Notes under the pieces: model-generated
What the model saw: only the letters and a program-made list of their open reading frames with translations
Told to the model about the DNA's origin: nothing
Databases searched by the model: none
Assembly: GCA_963664225.1 (NCBI GenBank)
Contig: OY760937.1
Location: 1,632,001-1,696,000, forward strand
Direction: 5' to 3'
DNA from: Verrucomicrobiia bacterium
GTDB taxonomy: Bacteria; Verrucomicrobiota; Verrucomicrobiia; Limisphaerales; UBA1319
Length of the DNA stretch: 64,000 nt
Shown here: positions 31,168 to 41,647 of the stretch, one piece after another
How positions within the stretch are numbered: position 1 is the stretch's first letter
Layout of the letters: each line of letters opens with the position of its first letter
Program-made: the position numbers and the translations under genes

Positions 31168-31632
31168 ACCGTGTCGATGCTGTTCGTTTTGCTGTTGGCG
31201 CTCTCAATGCCGGGTTGCAAAAGCAGCCAGGGTCTCTCCTCCTCCAAAACTGCCGCCAAACGCCTCGATCAACTATACCGGGCTTATCTGGCCGATGACT
31301 TGGACCAGGCCCGCCAGAGCATGCTCGAGGCGGCGGCGATATTGGAAACACATCCATTTCCAAAACCCAGCGCTTCGGCCCATGGATTGTGGCTCACCTA
31401 TTCCCGGCTCTTTGTCCTCGAATCCACCGCCGGAAATGACGCCATGGCGGATGCCTATCTGATCAAAGTCCGTTATTGGCTCCTTCGGAGATCGGAATTG
31501 ACCGGCGATCCCGAGGAAAAGGCCGTCGAGACTGCCGATGGCGTGACCGCTGAAAAATGCGCCGAATTGGTGCGCAAGTGGGACAACGACTTCACCGGTG
31601 GCAAAGGCGCCCGCTACATGCTGCAACAATGA
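31093..31632 (+). CDS. Hypothetical lipoprotein (start uncertain: 30982, 31093 or 31177)
   Basis: LFVLLLALSMPGC lipobox-like segment followed by a helical domain. Confidence 0.55.
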   Translation: MLRPVSVILPSCHPVKKSSLPHFLRTVSMLFVLLLALSMPGCKSSQGLSSSKTAAKRLDQLYRAYLADDLDQARQSMLEAAAILETHPFPKPSASAHGLWLTYSRLFVLESTAGNDAMADAYLIKVRYWLLRRSELTGDPEEKAVETADGVTAEKCAELVRKWDNDFTGGKGARYMLQQ

Positions 31633-31947
31633 TTCTGGCACAGACGAAATACTTATACATTTCATCACCATCATGTCCAGTATTGTTTTTATTTACATTA
31701 TTAGTGTCAATTAGCGGTTTCGTTCCCCCTCCGTGCCGTGACGACTCCCCTTTTCCCCCTGCGCCCTTGAGTTCTACCTCCAATTATTAGCAGATTGGCG
31801 GTTTACCGTTTTGCAGTCCGGGTCCCATCCTGTTCATCCTGTCCATCCATGTGAAATTTCCTTTTCTGCGCCCTTGAGTTCTCAGCGGTTATGTCCCATC
31901 CATTTTTTGGGGATTGCGCTTTTGGCGTTCTTCCATATTTTTGATCC

Positions 31948-32190
31948 ATGCCGATATACGAGTTTCATTGCAATCAATGTCAGAGCGATAGCGAAGTGCT
32001 GGTCCGGTCCTCGGACTGGAAAGGCACCCCCTGCCCACATTGCGGTTCCAAGAAGCTGTCCAAGAAACTCTCCGTCTTTTCCTCCAGTATCGCGGCGGAC
32101 TTCAGTTGCCCCGCGGGCGGTCCCTCCTGCGAAATGAAATCACCCAGCAGTTGCGGCGGATGTTGCGGTGGCGGCCCACATTCCCACTGA
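31948..32190 (+). CDS. FmdB-family zinc-ribbon protein
   Basis: MPIYEFHCNQC...CPHCGS..L.KKLSVF with a Cys-rich tail. Confidence 0.9.
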   Translation: MPIYEFHCNQCQSDSEVLVRSSDWKGTPCPHCGSKKLSKKLSVFSSSIAADFSCPAGGPSCEMKSPSSCGGCCGGGPHSH

Positions 32191-32203
32191 TCAGGCGGGC
32201 CGA

Positions 32204-33427
32204 TCAGCGTTTTTCTTCAGGAGCAACGGCAGGCGCTCCCAATTCCTGCCGGAGTCGTGTGGCCAGCCATTTTAGCTCGTCCACATTGCGACCGGCCAGA
32301 AAGCCCTTCTTCTTCCCTGTGACGGGGTGAATCTGCAATTCGATCACCGGCTGGTTATTCATCTCCATGCCGCTGGGTCCCGTGCGAATAAATTGGATCT
32401 GTTCCGAGGTCCAATCCCAACGCTTGGTGCCAAAGATTCCAGCCACCACAATCGAAACCCCATCCCGCCCCGCACTCAGCATCGCCCGCCGCCGCCCCAT
32501 TTGAATGGCCCCGAGCATCATCCCCACCCCAATGGCCAAAAACACCAGAAAGAACAACATCGGGATCCAAAAATCCGATTTGTCGTGAGTTCCAAAAATT
32601 GCAATTCCCGCAATGAGTCCAATGAACCCGCACCAGATCAAGCTAAACACAAAAAGTCCCTTGCTCCCCTTGATCAGTCCTGCGGGTGGTATCACGAACA
32701 ATTGGCGCCCATTGCCCTGCTCGCATCGAATCTTGCTGCCCTGCGGCTGCGCCTCCACCGTGTCATTCTCAAGGGTCATCGCGCCCGTTAGCATGGTTTC
32801 CACCTTGGGAACGCGTTGAGGCAGTGCGGTGGTTTGAAAAGGTGTGGCACTGCGTGCCGCCAGGTGGTTCGCCGCCAGTTGCAACCACTCAGGTGGATAG
32901 CCGACAGCCAGTGGCAACGGCTTGGCATCCGAAAACTCCGCCGTCAACGTCGCCAGATTCAAAGCGGGAGACTGGGCTTTCGCAGGTGGCGACCCCTGCG
33001 TCTTGTCGGAGGAAAGTGCCACCAACAAACGCTCCAGACCTGCGGCCTTGCGCTTTTGGCTCCACCAAAATGGTCCCGCCCGTTCCGTGGTCTTGAGGAC
33101 GCCATTCCCCCACCCGATCACCGTATGCCCAAAGAGAATAAAATAGCCCATCCCGATGGGCATCATGCCGGCCACAAAAAACGGAACGCCAAACAGCGCA
33201 AAAAGCAGGTTTATGAATGAAAAGGGCGTGTCTCCATGCGACCCAATTCCAATGGCCCCTCGAATCCAATGCACCGCAAAACCGGAAAATACCAACCCAA
33301 ACCCCACCAGGAACAATCCCAGGAATCGGAGCGCGCCCAACGGCCGTCGTGGAAATTCCAACTCAATTCCATCGGGCAGATTGCGGACCTCCACAGTCGC
33401 GTTCTCCGGAAGTGGTGCGTTGTTCAT
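32204..33427 (-). CDS. Hypothetical membrane protein with two TM-hairpin + soluble-domain modules
   Basis: Long ORF with two similar halves. Start taken at MNNAPL. Confidence 0.65.
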   Translation of the reverse strand: MNNAPLPENATVEVRNLPDGIELEFPRRPLGALRFLGLFLVGFGLVFSGFAVHWIRGAIGIGSHGDTPFSFINLLFALFGVPFFVAGMMPIGMGYFILFGHTVIGWGNGVLKTTERAGPFWWSQKRKAAGLERLLVALSSDKTQGSPPAKAQSPALNLATLTAEFSDAKPLPLAVGYPPEWLQLAANHLAARSATPFQTTALPQRVPKVETMLTGAMTLENDTVEAQPQGSKIRCEQGNGRQLFVIPPAGLIKGSKGLFVFSLIWCGFIGLIAGIAIFGTHDKSDFWIPMLFFLVFLAIGVGMMLGAIQMGRRRAMLSAGRDGVSIVVAGIFGTKRWDWTSEQIQFIRTGPSGMEMNNQPVIELQIHPVTGKKKGFLAGRNVDELKWLATRLRQELGAPAVAPEEKR

Positions 33428-33778
33428 ATGGGACAGAGTTTTTCCACTTGAATTCAATGATGCGAAATAACAGAACGAAGCCGTGAAGGCTATTTCCAAA
33501 AAGCCTCGAGAAACCCAAAAATCTAAAATCCCCTCAGACGCGTTCTCTGTTTCCGCGATACTTACTCGACAGCAGGCCGCGCGAATTTTGCACCTCTGAA
33601 AGGTACATTCCCGTGAGCCGACCCGAGTTCAACTTGCGACTGCGCGAGGTGAATGGCCAGAGCACCAAACGGATAATCATACCCAAAACCAGCTTCATTC
33701 ACCCCTACATAACCCGATCTTCGGCGAAAATGCAACCCAATACGACACCCAATACGACACATGGTGCGATGCGTGTGC

Positions 33779-33976
33779 GCAGGACAAAATTCTTCAGGAA
33801 ATCCAAAAAGCCCTTAAAACGCCATAAAAGTATATCGGGAGAATTGCCTCGCTCAACCGAATGAACCGGACGCGCCATTCCTCTCTCGCCCCAAAACCTG
33901 AATTGGCACGAGTGGGGAGAGTTGGAGAGAGTTTCATTTATGGACCATGTTATCTTGCCGAAGAATTTTGTCCTGC
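33779..33976. mobile_element. MITE-like element, 198 bp, perfect 17-bp terminal inverted repeats
   Basis: GCAGGACAAAATTCTTC (33779-33795) / GAAGAATTTTGTCCTGC (33960-33976); second copy at 18910-19151. Confidence 0.65.
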
Positions 33977-34484
33977 AACCGAGATGCGCCGACTGGAGCC
34001 ATCCGGGTTTTCGGCATTCATTATGCCCGGTGCAAAACCTCCATATTCCAAGGAAACCCATAATGTTCCCCTTATTCCCGGCTCTCGATCAAACGATTCT
34101 CTTCAAGCATCCCGGCAGGGATGCCAGCAATTAGCCGGGGGTCGAGGTCGTCCTCGACCGACACCCCCGGACACGAACCCCAACGATCACGATCCCGGCA
34201 GGGATCGCAGACCCTATTCAATGAGGACATGCGTCGATCCTCCTCGCAAAGCTGCTTCATGGTACCCGCCACAAAAAACACCCTGCCAAAAATTCCTGAC
34301 CGGCAATCCGGAACAGGTTTCAACCACTCGGCACCATTATACTTTTTATCTTATCATTTGCATTATCGTCGCTTATGTATTAACTTGAACCGTATTAAGG
34401 TTGCGGCTTATCCCTGCTTCGAATCGACAATCGCAAATGAGGTCGCCGCCGCCGCACTGGAGAATCGCCAAATGAAAGGAAATT

Positions 34485-34904
34485 ATGAGCACGCAAACAA
34501 ACGCGCCCACCCAGGAAGAATGCCCGAACAAACCCCCACCCGGCAGTCTGGTGTGGTTTGAAATCCCGGCGGACAATATCGAACGCGCCAGAAAGTTCTA
34601 CAGCGCCTTGTTCGGCTGGAAAATCGAACAATTCCCGGGCATGCCCGATTACTGGCACATCGATACCGGCGGTGCGGATGCCTCCCCGGACGGCGGACTG
34701 ATGAAACGCAAGCAGCCCCAACAACCCATCACCAATTTTATCACGGTGGTGTCCGTAAATCAGTCCACCGCGCAAATTGAGAAACTGGGCGGCAAAGTGT
34801 GCGTCCCAAAGACGGCCGTTCCAGAAATGGGTTACTTCGCCGTTTGCCAGGACACGGAGAACAACACATTCGCCATTTGGGAAATGACCAAAAGCGCGAA
34901 ATAA
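34485..34904 (+). CDS. VOC/glyoxalase family protein
   Basis: WFEIPADNIERARKFYSALFGW, GGLM, GYFAVCQDTENNTFAIWE. Confidence 0.92.
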   Translation: MSTQTNAPTQEECPNKPPPGSLVWFEIPADNIERARKFYSALFGWKIEQFPGMPDYWHIDTGGADASPDGGLMKRKQPQQPITNFITVVSVNQSTAQIEKLGGKVCVPKTAVPEMGYFAVCQDTENNTFAIWEMTKSAK

Positions 34905-35114
34905 CGTCCCGCGAAAACACCTGCGCGTTCTTAACCATGGCGCTCGAACGCGGAGGCCTTCCCTTGCTCAACCACCGGCAAAACAGGCCTTGGGGGCCTG
35001 CCTGTCCTCATGCCATTTACTGTCGGTGCGTTGAGCATTGGCGTGGCTTTACCTGCTCAAGCAGGCATCCCGATCGCAGCCCGGTTCGCAATCGCACCAC
35101 CGAGAGTGCTTGGT

Positions 35115-37247
35115 TCACGCCTCCCAACGAATCGGCAATTCACGCACCCGTTTCCCGGTGGCATGAAAAAGGGCGTTGGCGATGGCCGGCGCGATCGGAA
35201 TGATCGGCGTCTCCCCAGCACCAAGACTGGCCAGATCGGTTCGATTCAGTTGGTGAATATCGAGTTCCTGCACATCGCTTAAACGCGGCACACGATACCG
35301 GCTGAAGGCGGCATTCTCCATTTTACCATCGCTGAAACGCATTTCCTCCCGCAAGGCAGCCCCCAGCCCCATGATGATGCATCCCTGTGCCTGGGCCAGC
35401 AGGTTCGAGGGATTGATCACCGCGCCGCACTCAAACACTTCGCAAATCTTCCGAACCTCGATCGTGTTCTTATCCGGGTTCAGACCGATCTCGACGCACG
35501 CGGCCACAAACGAGCCTTTTTCCGTGCCGCACGCCAGTCCCACGCCAGCAGTGGGCTGCTTTTGTTTCACGCGCTCGCGCCAGCCAAAACGCTTTGCGGC
35601 TTCTTCCAGCACGGCGCGCAGCCTGGGATTCTCCAAATGCGCGAGCCGGAAATCCAGCGGATCCATTTGCGCCTCAGCAGCCAATTCGTCCATGAACGAC
35701 TCACGCGCAAACACGTTGGCCACCGACGCCAGGCCGCGATAGGACCCCTGGCGCAACGGCGCGTTGGACCCCACAGTCTGGCATTTTTCCTTCCCTGAGC
35801 GGTAGGGAGTTTCAACCGCCGCGCCTCCCGAATTAATGTTAACGAAGTGCCACGAGGTCATCTGTCCCTTGTCATCCAGCGTCGCCTCGACATCGATCAC
35901 GCCCGCCGGCCGGAAATAGGCCCACTTGAATTCCTCCTCGCGAGTCCAGCGCACGAGCACCGGTTTGCCCGCCGCTTGGGCCAGCTTGGCCGCCTCGATG
36001 GCCACCTCCGCCGTGTGCTTGCCGCCAAAGCCTCCGCCAAAGTCCGGCACAATGACACGCACTTTTTCATTGGCCAGCCGGAACGTGCGCGCCAGTTCTC
36101 CATGGTATCCAAATGGATTCTGCGTCCCCGTCCAAACGGTGAGTTGGCCGTCCGCCCATTCGGCCAGCGCCGTCCGCGTCTCCATGGGCGCGTGTTGAAT
36201 ATAAGGCACATGAAAAGTGGCCTTGAGTTTCTTCGCCACACTCGAAAGCTCATCCGCAAACGGATTGGCCGGAACCCCGCCCTGGGCGGTTGCCCGCAGA
36301 TGACTGAACAGTTCCTTGCTCGATGGCTGCGGGGCGGACTCCCACTTTGCAGTCTCGCCGATGGCCTTTAAGGCTTGTTCTGCAATGAAGGTATTTGCAG
36401 CCGCCACTCCGACAAATCCCCCGTCCTGAAACACGAAGACATCCTTCATCGCCCTGGCGGGTTCCAGATCCACCGAAAGTAGTTTTGCGCCATAGGTCGG
36501 CGCGCGCAGTATCTTGCCGTAGAGCATGCCGGGGCGCGTGTAATCCGAGGGATACTTATGCTTCCCAGTCACCAAATCCCGACCGTTGCTTCGAGCCGCG
36601 GAAATCCCCATCACACGCCATTGATCGACTGGCGTAACATTGACGTCTGCGGGAATCGCCTGCTTGAACGCCTCCTCGACCTCGCCGTTTTTGGCCAATT
36701 CCGCATACGTCAACGTCTTGGCGCCGGTGGCGTCTGTGATGGTGCCATCGATCACCTTCAAGGTGTCCCGTTCGACCGACCATTTCTTTGCGGCCAATTC
36801 GAGAAGCAACGTGCGCGCGGCGGCGGCGGCGCTGCGAACGGCCGGCACGGTCGAGGGCGTCGTTCGACTCCCTGCGGACAACCCATCGTCGGGCACCAGC
36901 GCCGTATCGCCCATGATCAATTCTATTCTCTCCAAGGGCACTCTCAATTCCTCCGCCGCCGCCTGGCTCAATTCGGTGCGCGCCCCCTGCCCCATCTCAA
37001 TTTTGCCCGTCAACACCGTGATCCTGCCATTTTCCGCAATGTGGATTCGCGCCGCAAGATTTCGGGATTCGCCCCGTCCGGAACGGTTCCCGCGGTTTTG
37101 AGCAAGAACGGGAACGCTGGCCGCAATCAACAAGCCCGCCCCCAATACCTCCACAAAACAGCGCCGATTCATCGCGAAGTCGAACTTCACCGGATCGGAC
37201 ATTTCACCGTCCCGCATGGTCATGATTTCGTGTGTCTCAGTATTCAT
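35115..37247 (-). CDS. Xanthine dehydrogenase-family molybdopterin subunit (isoquinoline 1-oxidoreductase beta-like), Tat signal
   Basis: MNRRCF Tat-like motif, GKIEMGQG, HAPME, GGGFGGK, GAGE..I.P..PAIANA.F.ATGKR.R.LP. Confidence 0.9.
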   Translation of the reverse strand: MNTETHEIMTMRDGEMSDPVKFDFAMNRRCFVEVLGAGLLIAASVPVLAQNRGNRSGRGESRNLAARIHIAENGRITVLTGKIEMGQGARTELSQAAAEELRVPLERIELIMGDTALVPDDGLSAGSRTTPSTVPAVRSAAAAARTLLLELAAKKWSVERDTLKVIDGTITDATGAKTLTYAELAKNGEVEEAFKQAIPADVNVTPVDQWRVMGISAARSNGRDLVTGKHKYPSDYTRPGMLYGKILRAPTYGAKLLSVDLEPARAMKDVFVFQDGGFVGVAAANTFIAEQALKAIGETAKWESAPQPSSKELFSHLRATAQGGVPANPFADELSSVAKKLKATFHVPYIQHAPMETRTALAEWADGQLTVWTGTQNPFGYHGELARTFRLANEKVRVIVPDFGGGFGGKHTAEVAIEAAKLAQAAGKPVLVRWTREEEFKWAYFRPAGVIDVEATLDDKGQMTSWHFVNINSGGAAVETPYRSGKEKCQTVGSNAPLRQGSYRGLASVANVFARESFMDELAAEAQMDPLDFRLAHLENPRLRAVLEEAAKRFGWRERVKQKQPTAGVGLACGTEKGSFVAACVEIGLNPDKNTIEVRKICEVFECGAVINPSNLLAQAQGCIIMGLGAALREEMRFSDGKMENAAFSRYRVPRLSDVQELDIHQLNRTDLASLGAGETPIIPIAPAIANALFHATGKRVRELPIRWEA

Positions 37248-37256
37248 ATCATGCCT

Positions 37257-37721
37257 TTATGCTTGAGCCACGGCCCGTTTCACCGCTTTGACAATACTCG
37301 GATATCCACAGCAACGGCAGATATGGGAGTTGAGCATGGAATGAATTTCGGCATCCGTCGCCTTGGGCTTCTCCCGGATCAGGGCCACCGTGGACATAAT
37401 CATTCCCGGCGTGCAAAAACCGCATTGAAACGCGTTCTCGGCCAGAAACGCCTCCTGCACCGGATGCAACTTGTCGCCTGTGCTGAGTCCCTCAATGGTC
37501 AGGATCGATTTCCCAGCTGCGTCCTCAACCGGAAGGCGGCACGAATGCTGCCTCTTCCCATCGATCAACACCGTGCAGGCGCCGCATTGCCCCTCGCCAC
37601 ATCCATACTTCGGTCCGGTGATGTTTAAATCCTCGCGCAGGACCGCGAGCAAGGACCGTTTCGGATCGGTCGTCACTGCGTACTGCCGATCATTCACCGT
37701 GAGATTGAATTTCTCGTCCAT
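37257..37721 (-). CDS. (2Fe-2S)-binding small subunit (IorA/CoxS-like)
   Basis: KYGCGEGQCGACTV, QCGFCTPG, ICRCCGY. Confidence 0.93.
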   Translation of the reverse strand: MDEKFNLTVNDRQYAVTTDPKRSLLAVLREDLNITGPKYGCGEGQCGACTVLIDGKRQHSCRLPVEDAAGKSILTIEGLSTGDKLHPVQEAFLAENAFQCGFCTPGMIMSTVALIREKPKATDAEIHSMLNSHICRCCGYPSIVKAVKRAVAQA

Positions 37722-37805
37722 GGTTCGAATGGTTTGAATTTATCGATTCTCGCAAAACGGCTTCAATCGATACCATGGCACTGGCAGATTCAAAAGCAAT
37801 ACCGT

Positions 37806-38558
37806 TTAACTGGACAGCACTTCGAGCAGATAGCGCAGTTCGTCCTGCACGCAAACCCCCTCGCCCACCGTCTGGCCAATTTCACTTTTGACCAACGCTC
37901 GAAATCGTTTCCGCAACCGGTGAATGGCCACTTTTAACGCGTTTTCTGAAACATCCAGATGGCGCGCGGTTTCGGCCTGGGACAAACCCTCCACCTCCCC
38001 CAGCAGCCACGGTTTGAGTTCCGCGAATTGATCGCTCCGGCCCTCGGCGCTGAATTCCGCGGCCAGGGCGTTGATCGCGCGCCCCACCACCGTAAGCGCC
38101 CATTGGCGATCGAAAAAAGCATCCGGCACCGTCGCGCCAGGATCGGGGATTTGCAGGTTCGTTGGAGTATCGGTATCCGTGCCGGTCTCGAGCGAAAGCG
38201 GTTCCAGGCCGCCACCACGTTTCGCGGCGCAATCGCGGTCATGCTGGTCCGCCAGGAAATGTTTCACCGCGCCGAGTAAGAAGGAGCGGAACCGTCCGCG
38301 TTCGGGGTCCACCGAATCCAGACCGTGCCTCGCCAGCAGCCGCGCGAAAAATTCCTGTGTCAGATCGCGGGCCGCGTCCTCGCTGCGACCGCTGCGACAA
38401 ATGAAGGCCAGCACCGGCGCATAATACGCACCGCACAAATCGCCCAAGGCCGCCGCTGCTTCCGGCGAGTTCCCACGCGAGGCCATCACACGCGTCCATT
38501 GCGTGGTGACAAACGCGGCCGGGTTGGCATCCGGCGGAGTGGATTGCGCGGAGGTCAC
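37806..38558 (-). CDS. ECF sigma factor, Ser/Thr-kinase-associated type
   Basis: FVTTQWTRV, EDAARDLTQEFF, RGRFRSFL, LKVAIHRLRKRF. GTG start lies 1 nt after the kinase stop. Confidence 0.88.
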   Translation of the reverse strand: MTSAQSTPPDANPAAFVTTQWTRVMASRGNSPEAAAALGDLCGAYYAPVLAFICRSGRSEDAARDLTQEFFARLLARHGLDSVDPERGRFRSFLLGAVKHFLADQHDRDCAAKRGGGLEPLSLETGTDTDTPTNLQIPDPGATVPDAFFDRQWALTVVGRAINALAAEFSAEGRSDQFAELKPWLLGEVEGLSQAETARHLDVSENALKVAIHRLRKRFRALVKSEIGQTVGEGVCVQDELRYLLEVLSS

Positions 38559-38559
38559 A

Positions 38560-41295
38560 TTATTTCTTGATCTTCTTTTCCGCATCCTCCACTGCGGATT
38601 TCAGCGCCGGGTCATCGACCAGTGCCACCGCTTGATCCCGGATTTTTTCAGCCTCCGCCTTATGTCCCGCGCCAACCAGTATCTCAATCAATTGATTCAG
38701 ATTGCGAACGAACCGTTTATCCGCCTCGCGCATCATATCCATCCGGGGCGCAATCCCGGCCGGCATATTCGTCGGGACCGGCAAACTGGCCCGTCGCTGA
38801 TACATTTTCTTCTCCATCTCCCACGCGCTGCGATTGGATTCAAACCGCCTTTGCGGATCGCCCATGTAATTAAAACACAGTTCATACTCGCCTTTCTTCA
38901 CTAACAGGCTCTCCACATAAAAATAGCATTGTTTGGCCAGCGCGGGATCGCGTTTCTGGAGGATCTTGAACAGCACATAGCTCCCATCATCGTCCTGAAG
39001 GTAACCATTAATGCTCACAACGTCCGAAAACAACTGGGAATAACCGCCTCCCTCCGCAAGCTTTCGGGTCTTTTCGTCACGCACTTCGATCAACGCCTGC
39101 CAGGCCTTGGGATATCGCCGTCCCAGTTCCATCCAATCGGCCAGCCAGAAGGAAAGACGCACACCACCCTGGCCCTGGTCGTATTCCAAGGCGTGGTTGT
39201 GATACCAGATGTGCCGTTGAAGCGCCTCTTCGTATCGGCCCTGGCTCATCGCATCATTGGCTTCCTGCCGGATCTTTTCAAAATCCGGCTTCGTGTCCGG
39301 CGACAGCGTTGGGGCCCACGTTTCAGCCGAAGCGGAGGGTTTGACAGGCTTGGCATCCGCGCTGGCAAGGGTGTTTTCCGCAAGCGTGGGTTCCAATTCA
39401 ACCGATAATACCGCCAGATGCTTGCGGCCATTCCCAATCCCATTATCTTCCATCAGATCGAACTCGCCGAGTCGCACGCTATTACTGCGCAGCATTTGTT
39501 TGGAAGCGGAGCCGCTGTTCGTGCCGGGGGCTGGAACCAATCCGCTCAGTGAATAATCGACCCAGTAGGAACCCATCTTTAACGTCGGCTTCACGAAGAG
39601 CGTCTTTACGATGCCACCCGTAATGGCCATCGTTCCCGCTCGCACTGTGGAAAGGTTCGCCGTATCAGGAATATCGATTTCGCCTTCAACTCCATTGGTC
39701 ACCAGAACATAAGGCGCGGCCACCACCCGCACATCGCCATGATCAAACAACGCCGCCGGACGGCTGATGAGACGGGTATCGTAGTCCGCCGGCATGTCGA
39801 GAATTCGTAGCGTCACACGCAACAGCGGCGCGTAAGCAGCGGGCTGCCGGGCCACTCCAATCGCGAAATGATGCCGGAGTACCAGCCTGTCAAAGGCGTA
39901 CAAGAGCAGCATCAGTCCGGCTAAGCCAGTGACGGCTTTCTGAACCTTCGACGAACTCAAGGCCGACCAGATCGACCCGCTTCGCGGTGATGATCCTTCC
40001 GGTTCACCGCCTGATCTCGGCGTCGTTGAATTTGGCTTCTCAAAACGCGCGCCGCAATCCGCGCAGATCTTTGCCGTCCCGTTGGTGTTATTACCGCAAT
40101 TCGAGCAAATCAGTTTTAAGGCCATCCGCCCGCCGATCATGAGCAGGACCAGCCCCAGTGGAATTCCGATGTAAGGGACAAACAAACATGCGAATCCAAT
40201 GGCCTGCACGGCGCATCCGACACCAAGAAATTCCCCCTTCTTTTTCTTTGTTGCATACACCACCGGCGGTGCGTCGGATTTGGCCTCTCCGGTTTTCCCG
40301 ATTGGCGGAATGCCGGCGCTGGCTGAAATCGTTTCCACCCGCGTCTTCACCTCGTCCGCGCTCGCGAAACGTTTCTCCTTTTCCCTCTCCAGCGCACGCG
40401 CCACAACGGCGTCCACACGCGGATCGGCGGCGGATTTCTGCGAGGGCGGCGCGAACCGCCCGACCGGCAGCTCGCCCGTGAGCATTTCGTAAAAGACCAC
40501 GCCCAGCGAGTAAATGTCAGCCCGATTATCCACGCTCTGCGGATGATCGCGCTGCTCCGGCGCCATGTAATTCGGCGTGCCAAGGGCCTTGCCTGCCTCG
40601 GTCAGCGAGTCGCCCTCCGGCAGTGTCTTTGCGGCCTGCGGATTCACGGGCACATCCTGCCCCGCGTCCCCGATCAATTTTGCGATGCCAAAATCCGCGA
40701 TCTTCACCCGGCCCTTCGCATCCAGCAGGATGTTCTCGGGCTTGATGTCCCGGTGGAGAATGCCTTCATTGTGCGCGAATTGCAGCGCCTCGCAAATTTT
40801 CGGAACAATCGCCAGCGCCTGCGCCGGTGTGAACCGCCCCGCCTGCATCGCCTGACGCAAATTCACGCCATCCACAAACTCCATCAGCAGGTAAAAAAAC
40901 TCCCCGGCCTGGCCAAAGTCGTAAACGGTAACGATATTTGGATGATTGAGCCGGGCCAGCAGACGCGCCTCGCGGTTGAAACGCTCCGCAAATGTGGGAT
41001 CGGCCGCCAGCGCTTGCGGCAGAATCTTCAGCGCGACGAATCGATCCAGCTTGGGCTGGCGCGCCTTGAAAATGAAACCCATCCCTCCCTGACCGAACAA
41101 CTCGAGTATTTCGAGCTGTGGAAAGGCGGCGGCAATCGCCTCCAGCGATGGCGCAGGCGAACCTCCGCGCGGCAGGCCACCGGTTTCCGTGGGATTGGCC
41201 ACAGCCGCCAGCAGGCATTTTGGGCAAAGTCCCTGCGGCGCATCCGCGGGCAGCGGGGCCTGGCACTTCGGACAACGATTCATTTCAGTTTGCAT
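38560..41295 (-). CDS. Hanks-type Ser/Thr protein kinase, membrane-bound, multidomain
   Basis: GQGGMG, VALK, HRDIKPEN, DFGIAK, GTPNYMAPE; N-terminal CPKC..CPKC; TM segments. Start taken at MQTEMN. Confidence 0.95.
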   Translation of the reverse strand: MQTEMNRCPKCQAPLPADAPQGLCPKCLLAAVANPTETGGLPRGGSPAPSLEAIAAAFPQLEILELFGQGGMGFIFKARQPKLDRFVALKILPQALAADPTFAERFNREARLLARLNHPNIVTVYDFGQAGEFFYLLMEFVDGVNLRQAMQAGRFTPAQALAIVPKICEALQFAHNEGILHRDIKPENILLDAKGRVKIADFGIAKLIGDAGQDVPVNPQAAKTLPEGDSLTEAGKALGTPNYMAPEQRDHPQSVDNRADIYSLGVVFYEMLTGELPVGRFAPPSQKSAADPRVDAVVARALEREKEKRFASADEVKTRVETISASAGIPPIGKTGEAKSDAPPVVYATKKKKGEFLGVGCAVQAIGFACLFVPYIGIPLGLVLLMIGGRMALKLICSNCGNNTNGTAKICADCGARFEKPNSTTPRSGGEPEGSSPRSGSIWSALSSSKVQKAVTGLAGLMLLLYAFDRLVLRHHFAIGVARQPAAYAPLLRVTLRILDMPADYDTRLISRPAALFDHGDVRVVAAPYVLVTNGVEGEIDIPDTANLSTVRAGTMAITGGIVKTLFVKPTLKMGSYWVDYSLSGLVPAPGTNSGSASKQMLRSNSVRLGEFDLMEDNGIGNGRKHLAVLSVELEPTLAENTLASADAKPVKPSASAETWAPTLSPDTKPDFEKIRQEANDAMSQGRYEEALQRHIWYHNHALEYDQGQGGVRLSFWLADWMELGRRYPKAWQALIEVRDEKTRKLAEGGGYSQLFSDVVSINGYLQDDDGSYVLFKILQKRDPALAKQCYFYVESLLVKKGEYELCFNYMGDPQRRFESNRSAWEMEKKMYQRRASLPVPTNMPAGIAPRMDMMREADKRFVRNLNQLIEILVGAGHKAEAEKIRDQAVALVDDPALKSAVEDAEKKIKK

Positions 41296-41304
41296 CCTGC
41301 CACA

Positions 41305-41334
41305 TTCCTGAGGAAACCATGACCCGACGTTACA
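41305..41334 (-). promoter_or_regulatory. Possible ECF-type promoter (-35 TGTAAC) for the kinase-ECF operon
   Basis: TGTAAC at 41334-41329 shortly upstream of the kinase start. The AAC core is typical of ECF -35 elements; -10 not identified. Confidence 0.25.
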
Positions 41335-41419
41335 CAAAATCCGCCATCCTGGCGATGAATTGATGGAGAAGGCAAAACCCAATTTGGGTGACTGAAGCCG
41401 GTCTTCGGAAGACACAAAC

Positions 41420-41647
41420 CTACCTCATTACCGGGCTGTCACTCCAAGGCCCGGGGATGCAGCCATAGAGGCGCTCAAACAATCTGCGTCTTCGTTCAGT
41501 CTCCGATAACCCTGGAGGAAAGGAGGCGTGGATCATCACCAGCGCCGCATCAAACATCTGCGCCCCCATGATGAAACGCTCCTCCCCCGAGCGCGCCATG
41601 ATCTTTTCGCGCACCATCCGTTCAATCTCTGGACGGGTGTCAGTCAT
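41420..41647 (-). CDS. Small hypothetical protein, putative antitoxin-like partner
   Basis: MTDTRPEIERMVREKIMARSGEERFIMG..MF...RRRLFERLYG; overlaps the upstream nucleotidyltransferase stop. Confidence 0.65.
   Translation of the reverse strand: MTDTRPEIERMVREKIMARSGEERFIMGAQMFDAALVMIHASFPPGLSETERRRRLFERLYGCIPGPWSDSPVMR

Noticed and set aside
33500..34480. Short ORFs and a 12-bp tandem duplication near 33735
   Set aside because: No recognisable motifs; treated as intergenic.
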